Assembly: GCF_046105845.1 (NCBI RefSeq) | Contig: NZ_CP151004.1 | Reading direction: 5' to 3' (one strand) | Length of the DNA stretch: 64,000 nucleotides | Source: Escherichia coli | GTDB lineage: Bacteria; Pseudomonadota; Gammaproteobacteria; Enterobacterales; Enterobacteriaceae | Part shown: piece by piece, positions 34,711 through 47,070 of the stretch | Numbering within the stretch: position 1 is the first letter of the stretch | How the letters are laid out: each line of letters opens with the position of its first letter | Notes under the pieces: generated by a model | Seen by the model: the letters and a program-made list of their open reading frames with translations, nothing else | Told to the model about the DNA's origin: nothing | Database searches by the model: none | Program-made: the position numbers and the translations under genes

Positions 34711-35697
34711 TTAACCGAAGCGAACATCTCGTCCATGCGGTTCATCGAGATCCTGCCACGGACCAATTGAAATAATCCCCGTAGGGTTGATGGTCTTATG
34801 GCTGCGGAAGTAGTGATTACGGATGTGATCGAAATTGACAGTTTCGGCAATCCCCGGCATCTGGTAGATATCGCGCAGGAAACCATACAGATTCAGGTAA
34901 TCGCTGATGCGGTGCTTATCACACTTGAAGTGGGTCACATACACTGGATCAAAACGGACCAGCGTGGTCCACAGGCGAATATCGGCTTCGGTTAGCTGAT
35001 TGCCGGTCAGGTAACGATGCTGGCCTAAAATCTGCTCCAGTCGCGCCAGCGATTCAAACACTTTCGCCACCGCCTCGTCGTAAGCTTGCTGGCTGGTGGC
35101 AAAACCAGCTTTATACACGCCGTTGTTAACGGTGTCATAAATCCAGCCGTTAAGTTCGTCAATTTTCGTTTGCAGGGCTGGTGGGTAGTAATCACCCGCT
35201 TTCGCGCCCAGCGCATCAAACGCGGTATTGAACATGCGGATGATTTCCGCTGATTCGTTGCTGACGATGGTGTGGTTCTTTTTGTCCCACAGTACGGGAA
35301 CAGTAACTCGTCCGCTGTAGTGTGGATCGGCGTGGAGATAAAGCTGATACAGAAATTCATGTTGATAGAGCGTATCTCCGGTTGCTCCCGGAAAACTGTC
35401 ATCAAAGGTCCAGCCGTTTTCCAGCATCAGCGGGTTCACTACGGAAACGGAAATAAACGGTTCCAGTCCTTTGAGTTTACGCATGATCAGCGTGCGGTGC
35501 GCCCACGGGCAGGCGAGTGAAACATAGAGATGATAACGATCTTTCTCTGCGGTAAAACCGCCTATGCCAGTGGGGCCAGGAGTGCCATCGGCAGTGAGCC
35601 AGTTACGAAATGCGGAAGCTGAACGTTGAAATTTACCGCCGGTGGATTTGGTATCGTACCAGGTGTCATGCCAGACGCCGTCAATCAGTTGACCCAT
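34711..35697 (-). CDS. yqjG: glutathionyl-hydroquinone reductase (Xi-class GST)
   Basis: ORF track 34711..35718; likely start MGQLIDGVWHDTWYDT at 35697, preceded by GGAGGAG. Confidence 0.88.
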   Translation of the reverse strand: MGQLIDGVWHDTWYDTKSTGGKFQRSASAFRNWLTADGTPGPTGIGGFTAEKDRYHLYVSLACPWAHRTLIMRKLKGLEPFISVSVVNPLMLENGWTFDDSFPGATGDTLYQHEFLYQLYLHADPHYSGRVTVPVLWDKKNHTIVSNESAEIIRMFNTAFDALGAKAGDYYPPALQTKIDELNGWIYDTVNNGVYKAGFATSQQAYDEAVAKVFESLARLEQILGQHRYLTGNQLTEADIRLWTTLVRFDPVYVTHFKCDKHRISDYLNLYGFLRDIYQMPGIAETVNFDHIRNHYFRSHKTINPTGIISIGPWQDLDEPHGRDVRFG

Positions 35698-35716
35698 TTT
35701 TCTCTCCTCCAATAGC

Positions 35717-35748
35717 AAAAACGAGGAGCTTCCTCCTCGTTTTTTATC
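35717..35748 (-). terminator. rho-independent terminator after yqjF
   Basis: AAAAACGAGGAGCTTCCTCCTCGTTTTTT symmetric hairpin. Confidence 0.7.
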
Positions 35749-35766
35749 GTTAAGTATAGCGCGTGC

Positions 35767-36159
35767 TTACCACTTTTTATTCAGCAGGCGGTCGATGCTA
35801 TACGCGCCCGGACCGGTAATTGCCAGTAGCAGGAATCCGCCAGAAATTGTCAGGTTTTTCATGAACATCAGCGAGTTGACGCCTTCAGCAAAGTTGCTGT
35901 GAAATAAAAATGCCGTCAGCAGCGTAAAGCCCGCAGTAAACAGGGCTGTGGTGCGAGTCAGGAAACCAAACAGGATTGCCAGACCACCACCAAACTCAAG
36001 CAGAATCACCAGCGGCAGCATAAAACCCGGGACGCCCATCGCTTCCATATATTGTTGGGTACCAGAGTAAGCGGTAATTTTTCCCCAGCCGGCCGTAATG
36101 AACAGAATCGGCATTAAAATGCGCGCTACCAGTACACCAACATCTTCTAATTTTTTCAT
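35767..36159 (-). CDS. yqjF: DoxX-family membrane protein
   Basis: ORF track 35767..36249; likely start MKKLEDVGVLVARIL at 36159 (130 aa). Confidence 0.8.
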   Translation of the reverse strand: MKKLEDVGVLVARILMPILFITAGWGKITAYSGTQQYMEAMGVPGFMLPLVILLEFGGGLAILFGFLTRTTALFTAGFTLLTAFLFHSNFAEGVNSLMFMKNLTISGGFLLLAITGPGAYSIDRLLNKKW

Positions 36160-36344
36160 CATACTCTCCACTGCGCCACTCAGGCTGCTGATTGTTTTTT
36201 TGTGCAAGGGCGCGGTATTAGCGTCGTTGCTGTCGATGGAGAGAATCATAAACGTGGTGAATGATGATTGTTAGCAAGGAAAACTGTCAAAAATCTTCAA
36301 AAAATTTGAGGGATAAGGCCGGAATGGCTCCGGCCAGAGGGAAG

Positions 36345-36644
36345 TTAACCGCGAAGCTGTTGCTGCTTGAGGGTCGTTTTAACCAGACGCCAGGCGCTCC
36401 ATACGCCAAAACCGCGTCTGGCCCAGCGGACCAGCATATTAGGATGGCGAATCGTCCAGATCGCCATCACGCTACTGCCAACCAGCGCCCAGGAGCGCAG
36501 ACTTAGCAGCATATTCCAGCGACGATCGTAAGCGCCTGTTGCCTCCAGCCATTCACGACGACTGGCGGAAAGATCCAGCCGTTGTTGCTGGATCTGGCTC
36601 AGCAGTTGCGCCTTACGTCGTTCACGTTCGACTTTACTGCTCAC
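36345..36644 (-). CDS. yqjK: small uncharacterised protein YqjK
   Basis: ORF track 36345..36746; the 99-aa product likely initiates at a GTG (V in ...SPVSSKVERERRK), from memory of the K-12 product. Confidence 0.6.
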   Translation of the reverse strand: MSSKVERERRKAQLLSQIQQQRLDLSASRREWLEATGAYDRRWNMLLSLRSWALVGSSVMAIWTIRHPNMLVRWARRGFGVWSAWRLVKTTLKQQQLRG

Positions 36645-37038
36645 GGGACTCCTCCTCGAGCAGCTGCCGATCGTTTGCCAGCTCATGGCGTGTATGGCGC
36701 AGCAGGGTGGATTTACGCGATTTACGTAACGTCCAGATACCGCCAATCAGTGCCAGTAGCAGCAACACCACGGTGGTGGCAATCATCGCATTCAGGCGAT
36801 ATTGCGGATCAACCGCCCAAATAATCAGCACCATCAGGCTCATAAGACCAAATGCAGCGAAAAGCATCGTCAGGCCCAGCATCAGTAAAAGTTGAAAGAG
36901 ATTCGCTTTTTCCTCTTCCAGCTCCACCACCGCCAGCCGCAGACGTGTTTCCACCATTTCAACCATGATGGAAACAATTCGCTGCCCGATGCCCAGAACG
37001 CTTTTACCGGGCCCTTGCGCGTGATGAGTGTCCGCCAT
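36634..37038 (-). CDS. yqjE: DUF1469 inner-membrane protein
   Basis: ORF track 36634..37107; likely start MADTHHAQGPGKS at 37038 (134 aa). Confidence 0.75.
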   Translation of the reverse strand: MADTHHAQGPGKSVLGIGQRIVSIMVEMVETRLRLAVVELEEEKANLFQLLLMLGLTMLFAAFGLMSLMVLIIWAVDPQYRLNAMIATTVVLLLLALIGGIWTLRKSRKSTLLRHTRHELANDRQLLEEESREQ

Positions 37039-37040
37039 AA

Positions 37041-37346
37041 TTAACGACGCGACAGCAGAACGCCGAGCACTACACCGATTGCAGCGCCAATGCCCACGCC
37101 CGTCCATGGATTTTCACGCACATACTCATCGGCACGCGCCGCCGCGACACGGGTTTGTTTGGCGATGGCATCACCGGTTTCACCCAGGCGATAACGGCTC
37201 TGTTTCAGTGCCTGCTCCGCTTTGCTACGAATCTTACTCAACTCTTCTTTCGACTTCTCGCCAGATGAGCTAAGTACCTCTTCCAGCGTATCGGAAAGGG
37301 ATTTCAACTCAGCACGCAGATGTTCCGTAGTGTGTTCTTTCGACAT
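37041..37346 (-). CDS. yqjD: ribosome-associated membrane protein (ElaB/YgaM/YqjD family)
   Basis: 101-aa ORF with C-terminal TM helix (GVGIGAAIGVVLGVLL). Confidence 0.8.
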   Translation of the reverse strand: MSKEHTTEHLRAELKSLSDTLEEVLSSSGEKSKEELSKIRSKAEQALKQSRYRLGETGDAIAKQTRVAAARADEYVRENPWTGVGIGAAIGVVLGVLLSRR

Positions 37347-37383
37347 AGTTTTCTCCAGGTGAGTAAGTAGTGACTATTGTGAG

Positions 37384-37752
37384 TTAGTAGTCGCGCGCTT
37401 CCAGCTTTTTCAGCTCTTCCTGCGCTTCTGCCAGTTTCCGTTCGCGTTTGGCAATCTTATCGGCATCGCCTTTTTGCTTCGCCTCGGCTAAATCTTGCTG
37501 GCGTTCCGCCACCTCATCTTTCTGCTTTGCGATTTTCTTCTGATGATCGGCACGCAGCTGGCTATCTGAACAGTTGGCCCGGACTTCACTCAGGGCTTTA
37601 TTCAGACCGTCAATACGATTCTGGTTTTGGTGTTTTTCGGCATAGCTGATCTCCTTAAGGATATTTTGCTCCTTTTCCTGACACAGGGTAGTGGCATAAC
37701 TACCGGCACTAAGAGCAAAAAGAGAAACAGCTAAAGCGATGCGGTATTTCAT
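37384..37752 (-). CDS. yqjC: DUF1090 periplasmic protein with signal peptide
   Basis: ORF track 37384..37767; likely start MKYRIALAVSLFALSAGSYA at 37752. Confidence 0.75.
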   Translation of the reverse strand: MKYRIALAVSLFALSAGSYATTLCQEKEQNILKEISYAEKHQNQNRIDGLNKALSEVRANCSDSQLRADHQKKIAKQKDEVAERQQDLAEAKQKGDADKIAKRERKLAEAQEELKKLEARDY

Positions 37753-37898
37753 TCTTGAACCTTCCATTGTGATTCGGACCTATTACAAAGGAACGATTGT
37801 CCAGACAACGAAGCGGTAGTGTTAACCACCGCCTCATTAATCATAGACAGTTACGGTGAAATCACCAAAGTCAGTGATATGTTTCGGATAACAGGAAG

Positions 37899-38282
37899 TT
37901 ATCCGAAGCGATGAGAGTTATCCCGCAACCGGGTCAGCCACTGCATAGCCTGACTATTATTGTCCTGCTGTGCAATGATGTAGCCATGGGGCAATGTTCT
38001 GTCGAGGACCGCTTTTGCGGCGGCACTCTGGTCGCTGGAGTCAAAGGTAATTAACAGAGTGTCATTTTTGGGGGTGATACTTTTGAAAGGAATGCCGTGA
38101 GCGTCAAGGTGATGCCAGATTGAAAAACCGTCTGGCATCGTTGTCCCTTGATGAACGGCACGAATCGCCAGCGTAGACTCTTGCTGGCGAACCGCGGACC
38201 AGGCCAGCAACAATGTGCCGACCAGAAGTAAAACAGCGCCGGACCAGGCTAGCTGGCGAAGCGACATGCGAGGTATTTGCAT
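37899..38282 (-). CDS. mzrA: modulator of EnvZ/OmpR (MzrA)
   Basis: 127-aa ORF with N-terminal TM anchor. Confidence 0.8.
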   Translation of the reverse strand: MQIPRMSLRQLAWSGAVLLLVGTLLLAWSAVRQQESTLAIRAVHQGTTMPDGFSIWHHLDAHGIPFKSITPKNDTLLITFDSSDQSAAAKAVLDRTLPHGYIIAQQDNNSQAMQWLTRLRDNSHRFG

Positions 38283-38285
38283 CCC

Positions 38286-38948
38286 TTACCCCCGATTTCC
38301 ATATTTCTTTTTCCATAACACGACCAGAGAACCTGCCAGGCCAAACACCAGCAGCACCACCGGGAGCAGCATCAGGCATGACATCAGCTGGTCCTCGTAC
38401 TTTAAAAATACCGGCGTTTTGCCGAGCATGTAACCCAGAGTTGTCAGGATCAATACCCACAGCAGACCGCTCATCCAGTTGAAGAACTGAAAGCGCGCGT
38501 TATTCAGCCCTGATAATCCGGCAATCGTCGGCAGCAGTGTTCTGACAAATGCAATAAAGCGACCAATTAACAGCGCCGATAAACCGTGTTTATGAAAAAG
38601 ATGGTGTGCGCGTTGATGATAATGCGCGGGTAAATGAGATAGCCAGTTTTGTACTGTGCGGGTATTGCCCAGCCATCGCCCCTGAATATAGCTGACCCAG
38701 CAACCGAGGCTGGCGGCAACGGTCAGCAGCAGAATCGTTTGCGGATAGCCCATCGCGCCTTTCGCAATCAATACGCCGACCAACACCAGTAAACTGTCGC
38801 CCGGTAAAAAGGCCGCCGGAAGCAAGCCGTTTTCAAGGAACAAAATTACAAACAAGACAAAATACAACATGCCAATCATCGACGGATTGGCCAGGGTTTC
38901 AAAATCCTGCGCCCACAGGGCTTGCAGCAATTGGGTCAAAAGTTCCAT
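38286..38948 (-). CDS. yqjA: DedA-family inner-membrane protein
   Basis: 220-aa multi-TM ORF. Confidence 0.85.
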   Translation of the reverse strand: MELLTQLLQALWAQDFETLANPSMIGMLYFVLFVILFLENGLLPAAFLPGDSLLVLVGVLIAKGAMGYPQTILLLTVAASLGCWVSYIQGRWLGNTRTVQNWLSHLPAHYHQRAHHLFHKHGLSALLIGRFIAFVRTLLPTIAGLSGLNNARFQFFNWMSGLLWVLILTTLGYMLGKTPVFLKYEDQLMSCLMLLPVVLLVFGLAGSLVVLWKKKYGNRG

Positions 38949-39292
38949 TCATTATTCCTGGTGAATCGGTTAACGCCACGCTGGTTTTAAAAGATGCACT
39001 ACCGCAATGTTATTGCTGTTTTGGTATGTTTTGCGGGTTTGATACATCAACACAGCCTGAACTATTCCCTGTTAAATCGTGAGATAAGAAAGCATTCAAA
39101 AGCATAAATTCAAATTGAATCTAATTGTAACAAAGGTCAACGTTGTTCGTTATCAAAATTACATGTCCGTGGAGTCTGATTTTGCTGATTGCAGGGGAGG
39201 GTGGCGAGAGGATTTACACAGGCTGACACTTTATACTTTTCGCTTACCGACGAAGCAAACAGGCGCATTGCAGCGCCTGTCGGATGGAAATT

Positions 39293-40069
39293 TCATTTGC
39301 TGCCGCTGGTGGCCGTATCGAGATGCACTACCGGGTTTTCTGCGAACAGATAGCGGTCGGCATTGAACTCGAAATCGTCGCTGGTTTCGTTAAATAACAT
39401 GATTTTGGTGTTTTCCAGATGCTGCCACATTGCCAGCTTAGCAGCATGAGGATCTTTGCGAATTAACGCCTTGAGGATCTGATCGTGGTCATCGCACCAG
39501 TTATCGACAGTACGGGCATCAATGTGTTCGTGTAGTTTTTTCCAGTACGGGTTATGGCTACGCTGGGTCCACATTTTTTCAACGATAGCCGCCAGGGCGG
39601 AGTTCTGCGTCGCCAGGGCTACCTGAATGTGGAACTGCAAATCCCACTCGGAATCACGGAAGCATTGTTCGCCGCGCGCCTGCTCCTGGATGGCCATCAA
39701 TTTCATGATGTCCTGTTTCGTTACCTGAGTTGCCGCGAACTCGGCAATATTACTTTCGATGAGCTGGCGAGCCTGGAGCAACTCAAACGGACCGTAATTG
39801 GCGAATTCCATATTATTGTCCGCCGCCTGCTGATGACGCGGCTGGTTGGAAACCACGTGAATACCTGAACCTTTACGCACCTCCACATAGCCTTCAACTT
39901 CCAGCATGATGATGGCTTCACGAACTACCGTACGGCTGACGTTCTTTTCATCGGCAATAAAGCGCTCAGCAGGCAGTTTATCACCCACCAGATAGACGCC
40001 CTGTTCGATGCGCTCTTTCAGATCAGCGGCAAGTTGTTGATACAAACGGCGTGGTTCAGTGATTTCCAT
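39293..40069 (-). CDS. exuR: GntR/FadR-family repressor of hexuronate utilisation
   Basis: ORF track 39293..40084; likely start [12 protein letters not shown] at 40069 (258 aa). Confidence 0.9.
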   Translation of the reverse strand: MEITEPRRLYQQLAADLKERIEQGVYLVGDKLPAERFIADEKNVSRTVVREAIIMLEVEGYVEVRKGSGIHVVSNQPRHQQAADNNMEFANYGPFELLQARQLIESNIAEFAATQVTKQDIMKLMAIQEQARGEQCFRDSEWDLQFHIQVALATQNSALAAIVEKMWTQRSHNPYWKKLHEHIDARTVDNWCDDHDQILKALIRKDPHAAKLAMWQHLENTKIMLFNETSDDFEFNADRYLFAENPVVHLDTATSGSK

Positions 40070-40144
40070 ATGCGCTCCAGGCATGATACGGCAGACTATA
40101 TTTGTTATACCACTTTTGCGAGTTTAGCTCTACTCACAGTGATG

Positions 40145-40170
40145 AAAAAGCCGCCTGAGAAGGCGGCTTT
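40145..40170 (-). terminator. rho-independent terminator after exuT
   Basis: Minus-strand GCCGCCTTCTCAGGCGGC hairpin followed by TTTTTCATC. Confidence 0.75.
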
Positions 40171-40198
40171 GAAGGGAAACTAAAACTTACACGAAGCC

Positions 40199-41497
40199 TT
40201 AATGTTGCGGTGCAGGATCGTTATGTGTTTCCTGCGCCACCTCAATCGCCGGTTTGTTCTGCAACACGGTCCAGATAACCAGCGCACCCAGCAGGTCAAA
40301 TACTGCCAGAACTGCGAACAGCGGGCTGAAGCCGATGGTGTCAGCCAGTGCACCGACAACCAGTGCAAACAGCGTACTTGCCAGCCATGCGGACATCCCG
40401 GTTAAACCGTTTGCCGTTGCCACTTCGTTACGACCGAACACGTCAGAAGAGAGCGTAATCAGCGCGCCAGACAGTGCCTGGTGAGCAAAACCACCGATAC
40501 ACAGCAGCATAATCGCGACATACGGGTTGGTGAACAGACCGATCATACCCGGGCCAATCATCAGCACAGCACCCAGCGTTACGACCATCTTACGGGAAAC
40601 GATCAGGTTCACACCAAACCAACGCTGGAACAGCGGCGGCAGGTAACCACCGAGGATACAACCGAGGTCAGCAAACAGCATCGGCATCCAGGCAAACATC
40701 GCGATCTCTTTCAGGTTAAAGCCGTAAACTTTAAACATGAACAGCGGGATCCACGCGTTAAAAGTACCCCATGCCGGTTCTGCCAGGAAGCGCGGCAGCG
40801 CGATACCCCAGAACTGACGGTTACGCAGGATCTGACCAACGGACATTTTCTTCGCTGTGTCAACCTGGTGCTGGGCTTCCTGACCATTAATAATGTAGTC
40901 GCGTTCTTCATCGGTCAGATGCTTCTGGTCGCGCGGATGTTTATAGAAAATCAGCCATGCCATCGCCCAGATAAAGCTCAATGCACCGGAGATGATAAAT
41001 GCCATCTGCCAGCTGTGCATTACGATTGCCCATACCACCAGCGGCGGTGCAATCATCGCACCAATCGAAGAACCTACGTTAAAGTAACCTACCGCGATGG
41101 AACGCTCTTTCGCCGGGAACCATTCGGAGCTGGCTTTCAGACCCGCCGGGATCATCGCTGCTTCCGCGGCACCGACCGCACCACGAGCAACAGCCAGGCC
41201 GCCCCAGCTACCTGCCAGCGCGGTTGCACCACAGAACACGGCCCACAGCACAGCAAACATTGCATAACCGATTTTCGTACCCAGCACATCCAGTACATAA
41301 CCTGCTACCGGTTGCATGACCGTATAAGCAGCAGAATAGGCTGCGATGATATAGGAATACTGTTGGGTGGAGATGTTTAACTCTTCCATCAGAGTTGGCG
41401 CAGCTGCCGCCACAGTGTTACGCGTCAGGTAACCAAGCACGGTGCCGAGCGTCACCAGTGCGATCATATACCAACGTAACCCTTTAATTTTACGCAT
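40199..41497 (-). CDS. exuT: hexuronate (glucuronate/galacturonate) MFS transporter
   Basis: ORF track 40199..41617; likely start MRKIKGLRWYMIALV at 41497 (432 aa). Confidence 0.88.
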   Translation of the reverse strand: MRKIKGLRWYMIALVTLGTVLGYLTRNTVAAAAPTLMEELNISTQQYSYIIAAYSAAYTVMQPVAGYVLDVLGTKIGYAMFAVLWAVFCGATALAGSWGGLAVARGAVGAAEAAMIPAGLKASSEWFPAKERSIAVGYFNVGSSIGAMIAPPLVVWAIVMHSWQMAFIISGALSFIWAMAWLIFYKHPRDQKHLTDEERDYIINGQEAQHQVDTAKKMSVGQILRNRQFWGIALPRFLAEPAWGTFNAWIPLFMFKVYGFNLKEIAMFAWMPMLFADLGCILGGYLPPLFQRWFGVNLIVSRKMVVTLGAVLMIGPGMIGLFTNPYVAIMLLCIGGFAHQALSGALITLSSDVFGRNEVATANGLTGMSAWLASTLFALVVGALADTIGFSPLFAVLAVFDLLGALVIWTVLQNKPAIEVAQETHNDPAPQH

Positions 41498-41617
41498 GTA
41501 AAACCTCATCGTTTTGTTATATCCGCAGGAAGCGCGGCCATCATCCCGCCAGAGGCTGAAGATGTTAGTTACGACCGGGTAACCGAAAAAAAACCGGCAC
41601 GCCCCGAACGTTGCCAT

Positions 41618-43392
<1,775 letters not shown>

Positions 43393-43406
43393 GGTCTGGG
43401 GTTGAT

Positions 43407-44894
43407 ATGCAATACATCAAGATCCATGCGCTGGATAACGTCGCGGTTGCTTTAGCAGATTTGGCGGAAGGCACAGAAGTCAGTGTCGATAACCAGACTG
43501 TTACGCTGCGCCAGGATGTTGCTCGTGGACATAAATTTGCGTTAACGGATATCGCAAAAGGGGCCAACGTCATCAAATATGGCCTGCCGATTGGTTATGC
43601 ATTGGCGGATATTGCGGCGGGGGAACACGTTCACGCCCACAATACGCGCACGAATCTGAGCGATCTGGATCAGTATCGCTATCAACCTGATTTTCAGGAT
43701 CTGCCTGCGCAAGCGGCAGATCGTGAAGTGCAGATCTATCGTCGCGCTAACGGCGATGTCGGGGTGCGTAATGAGCTGTGGATCCTGCCAACCGTGGGCT
43801 GTGTTAACGGCATCGCGCGGCAGATCCAGAACCGTTTCCTGAAAGAGACCAACAACGCCGAAGGTACTGACGGCGTGTTCCTCTTCAGCCACACCTACGG
43901 CTGCTCACAGCTGGGCGACGATCACATCAATACGCGGACTATGCTGCAAAACATGGTGCGCCACCCGAACGCGGGCGCAGTGCTGGTGATTGGTCTGGGC
44001 TGCGAAAACAACCAGGTTGCCGCATTCCGTGAAACGCTGGGCGATATCGATCCTGAACGCGTTCATTTCATGATCTGCCAACAGCAGGATGATGAGATCG
44101 AGGCTGGGATCGAGCATCTGCATCAGCTGTATAACGTGATGCGCAACGATAAGCGCGAGCCAGGCAAACTCAGCGAACTGAAGTTTGGTCTGGAGTGCGG
44201 TGGTTCTGACGGTCTTTCTGGTATTACTGCTAACCCGATGCTGGGGCGTTTCTCTGACTACGTGATTGCTAACGGCGGTACTACCGTACTGACCGAAGTG
44301 CCGGAGATGTTTGGCGCAGAGCAGTTGCTGATGGACCATTGCCGCGACGAAGCAACGTTTGAAAAACTGGTCACCATGGTCAATGACTTCAAGCAGTACT
44401 TTATTGCCCATGACCAGCCGATCTATGAAAACCCATCGCCGGGGAACAAAGCGGGCGGTATCACCACGCTGGAAGACAAATCACTTGGCTGTACCCAGAA
44501 AGCGGGTTCCAGCGTCGTGGTTGACGTGCTGCGTTACGGCGAGCGTCTGAAAACGCCGGGGCTGAACTTGTTAAGTGCGCCGGGTAACGATGCCGTAGCG
44601 ACCAGCGCCCTGGCGGGTGCGGGCTGCCATATGGTGCTGTTCAGTACTGGTCGTGGCACGCCGTATGGTGGATTTGTGCCGACGGTGAAAATCGCCACCA
44701 ACAGTGAACTGGCGGCGAAGAAAAAACACTGGATCGACTTTGACGCGGGTCAGCTGATCCACGGTAAAGCGATGCCGCAGTTGCTGGAAGAATTTATCGA
44801 CACCATCGTTGAGTTTGCCAATGGTAAACAAACCTGCAACGAGCGTAACGACTTCCGCGAACTGGCGATCTTCAAAAGCGGCGTAACGCTATAA
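43407..44894 (+). CDS. uxaA: altronate dehydratase
   Basis: 495-aa ORF; paralog of garD. Confidence 0.92.
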   Translation: MQYIKIHALDNVAVALADLAEGTEVSVDNQTVTLRQDVARGHKFALTDIAKGANVIKYGLPIGYALADIAAGEHVHAHNTRTNLSDLDQYRYQPDFQDLPAQAADREVQIYRRANGDVGVRNELWILPTVGCVNGIARQIQNRFLKETNNAEGTDGVFLFSHTYGCSQLGDDHINTRTMLQNMVRHPNAGAVLVIGLGCENNQVAAFRETLGDIDPERVHFMICQQQDDEIEAGIEHLHQLYNVMRNDKREPGKLSELKFGLECGGSDGLSGITANPMLGRFSDYVIANGGTTVLTEVPEMFGAEQLLMDHCRDEATFEKLVTMVNDFKQYFIAHDQPIYENPSPGNKAGGITTLEDKSLGCTQKAGSSVVVDVLRYGERLKTPGLNLLSAPGNDAVATSALAGAGCHMVLFSTGRGTPYGGFVPTVKIATNSELAAKKKHWIDFDAGQLIHGKAMPQLLEEFIDTIVEFANGKQTCNERNDFRELAIFKSGVTL

Positions 44895-44914
44895 AGTCGA
44901 AATGAGTTGTTAAT

Positions 44915-44954
44915 AAAAAACGGCGTTTCATAATGTGAAGCGCCGTTTGCTTTT
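44915..44954 (+). terminator. rho-independent terminator after uxaA
   Basis: AAAAAACGGCGTTTCATAATGTGAAGCGCCGTTTGCTTTT. Confidence 0.75.
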
Positions 44955-44976
44955 CCATACCTGCTAAGGATTTATC

Positions 44977-45531
44977 ATGACCGCGTATTGGCTGGCCCAG
45001 GGCGTGGGTGTCATCGCCTTTCTGATTGGTATCACAACATTTTTCAATCGTGACGAACGTCGCTTCAAAAAGCAGCTTTCGGTCTATAGCGCCGTTATCG
45101 GTGTGCATTTTTTTCTTTTGGGCACCTATCCCGCGGGGGCCAGCGCTATCCTTAATGCCATTCGTACACTCATTACCTTACGCACGCGTAGCTTATGGGT
45201 AATGGCGATTTTTATTGTGCTGACTGGCGGAATTGGTCTCGCGAAGTTCCATCATCCTGTCGAACTATTGCCGGTTATCGGCACGATTGTCAGTACCTGG
45301 GCGCTATTCCGCTGTAAAGGGCTGACCATGCGCTGCGTAATGTGGTTTTCAACGTGTTGCTGGGTGATTCACAACTTCTGGGCGGGGTCGATAGGCGGCA
45401 CGATGATTGAGGGGAGTTTTCTGCTTATGAATGGCCTGAATATCATTCGTTTCTGGCGGATGCAGAAAAGGGGGATTGATCCGTTTAAAGTCGAGAAAAC
45501 AACCCCTTCCGCCGTAGACGAAAGGGGGTAA
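44977..45531 (+). CDS. ygjV: uncharacterised inner-membrane protein
   Basis: 184-aa multi-TM ORF. Confidence 0.75.
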   Translation: MTAYWLAQGVGVIAFLIGITTFFNRDERRFKKQLSVYSAVIGVHFFLLGTYPAGASAILNAIRTLITLRTRSLWVMAIFIVLTGGIGLAKFHHPVELLPVIGTIVSTWALFRCKGLTMRCVMWFSTCCWVIHNFWAGSIGGTMIEGSFLLMNGLNIIRFWRMQKRGIDPFKVEKTTPSAVDERG

Positions 45532-45534
45532 ACA

Positions 45535-46779
45535 TTAATTACGCAGGGCGCTATTTGCCAGACGATCGTCTTCTGCCTGGCAAGCTGCCGCAGTGAACAG
45601 CACGTCAGTTGAAGAGTTCAGCGCGGTTTCGCAAGAGTCCTGCAATACGCCGATGATAAAGCCGACGGCAACCACCTGCATGGCGATATCGTTCGAAATA
45701 CCGAACATATTACAGGCCAGTGGGATCAGCAGCAGAGACCCCCCCGCCACGCCGGATGCGCCACAGGCACACAGAGAAGCCACTACGCTCAACAGCAGCG
45801 CTGTGGGCAGATCGACCGGAATACCCAGCGTATTAACCGCAGCCAGCGTCAACACGGTAATGGTGATTGCTGCGCCCGCCATATTGATGGTGGCTCCCAG
45901 CGGAATAGAAACGGAATAGGTATCGCGATCCAGATTCAGCTTTTCACACAGCGCCATATTCACCGGAATGTTCGCCGCAGAGCTGCGGGTGAAGAAGGCA
46001 TACACGCCGCTTTCGCGCAGGCACAGCAGCACCAGCGGGAACGGGTTACGACGAATTTTCCACCACACCAGCAATGGGTTAACCACCAGCGCCACCAGTA
46101 ACATACAGCCAACCAGCACGACCAGCAGTTGCGCGTAGCCCCACAGTGTGGAGAAACCGGTGGTTGCCAGGGTAGAAGAAACCAGACCAAAAATACCGAT
46201 CGGTGCGAAGCGAATGACCAGTTTCACCATAAAGGTGACGGCATTCGACATATCGTTGACTAGGTTTTTGGTGGTCTCGTTACCGTGACGCAGTGCGAAA
46301 CCGAGGCCAATTGCCCACACCAGAATCCCGATGTAGTTACCTTTCAGCAGCGCGTCGATGGGGTTGGAAACCATGCTCATTACCAGCCCGCGCATCACTT
46401 CGACAATGCCTGACGGCGGCGAAATATCACCCGCGCTACTGGACAGGTGCAGGGTAGAAGGGAAGGCGAAGCTGAAAACGACTGCGGCCAGAGCAGCAGA
46501 GAATGTGCCCAGCAGATAGAGGAACAAAATAGGGCGGATATTGGTTTTCTGCCCGTGCTGGTGGTTAGCAATAGATGCCATTACCAGCATCAACACCAGG
46601 ATGGGGGCAACGGCTTTCAGTGCGCCGACGAACAAAGTACCTAACAGACCAACAGCTTCCGCCGCGGGTTTTGAGATCCATGCCAGAAGAATCCCCAGAA
46701 CAAGGCCGACCAGGATTTGTTTTACCAGGCTGCCATGAGCCAGACGCCGGAATAGCCCCGGTGAACGTTGCGTAGTCAT
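45535..46779 (-). CDS. sstT: serine/threonine:Na+ symporter
   Basis: 414-aa multi-TM ORF. Confidence 0.9.
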   Translation of the reverse strand: MTTQRSPGLFRRLAHGSLVKQILVGLVLGILLAWISKPAAEAVGLLGTLFVGALKAVAPILVLMLVMASIANHQHGQKTNIRPILFLYLLGTFSAALAAVVFSFAFPSTLHLSSSAGDISPPSGIVEVMRGLVMSMVSNPIDALLKGNYIGILVWAIGLGFALRHGNETTKNLVNDMSNAVTFMVKLVIRFAPIGIFGLVSSTLATTGFSTLWGYAQLLVVLVGCMLLVALVVNPLLVWWKIRRNPFPLVLLCLRESGVYAFFTRSSAANIPVNMALCEKLNLDRDTYSVSIPLGATINMAGAAITITVLTLAAVNTLGIPVDLPTALLLSVVASLCACGASGVAGGSLLLIPLACNMFGISNDIAMQVVAVGFIIGVLQDSCETALNSSTDVLFTAAACQAEDDRLANSALRN

Positions 46780-47070
46780 TTTTCGATCCTTTCATTGTGT
46801 TGTCGCACATCCCTGGTGCGTTCTGTCGACGCATCTTTCAGGATGTAACAAAGTGTTTGCAAGGTCGAGTATAAGGAAAGTTACAGCTTCGGGAAGCGAA
46901 AAATGCTGGATTTTAAAGAGCGGTCATATTTTGCAACTTAATTGTTACATTTATTTGACATAAACAGAGGGAAGGACTGGCTACTAAGGCTGATTAGATA
47001 ACATATGGGCAAAACTATTTGGAATATGAGAACGGTTGCGCTCCTTTAATGTGCTATGCCATATAAAGTC

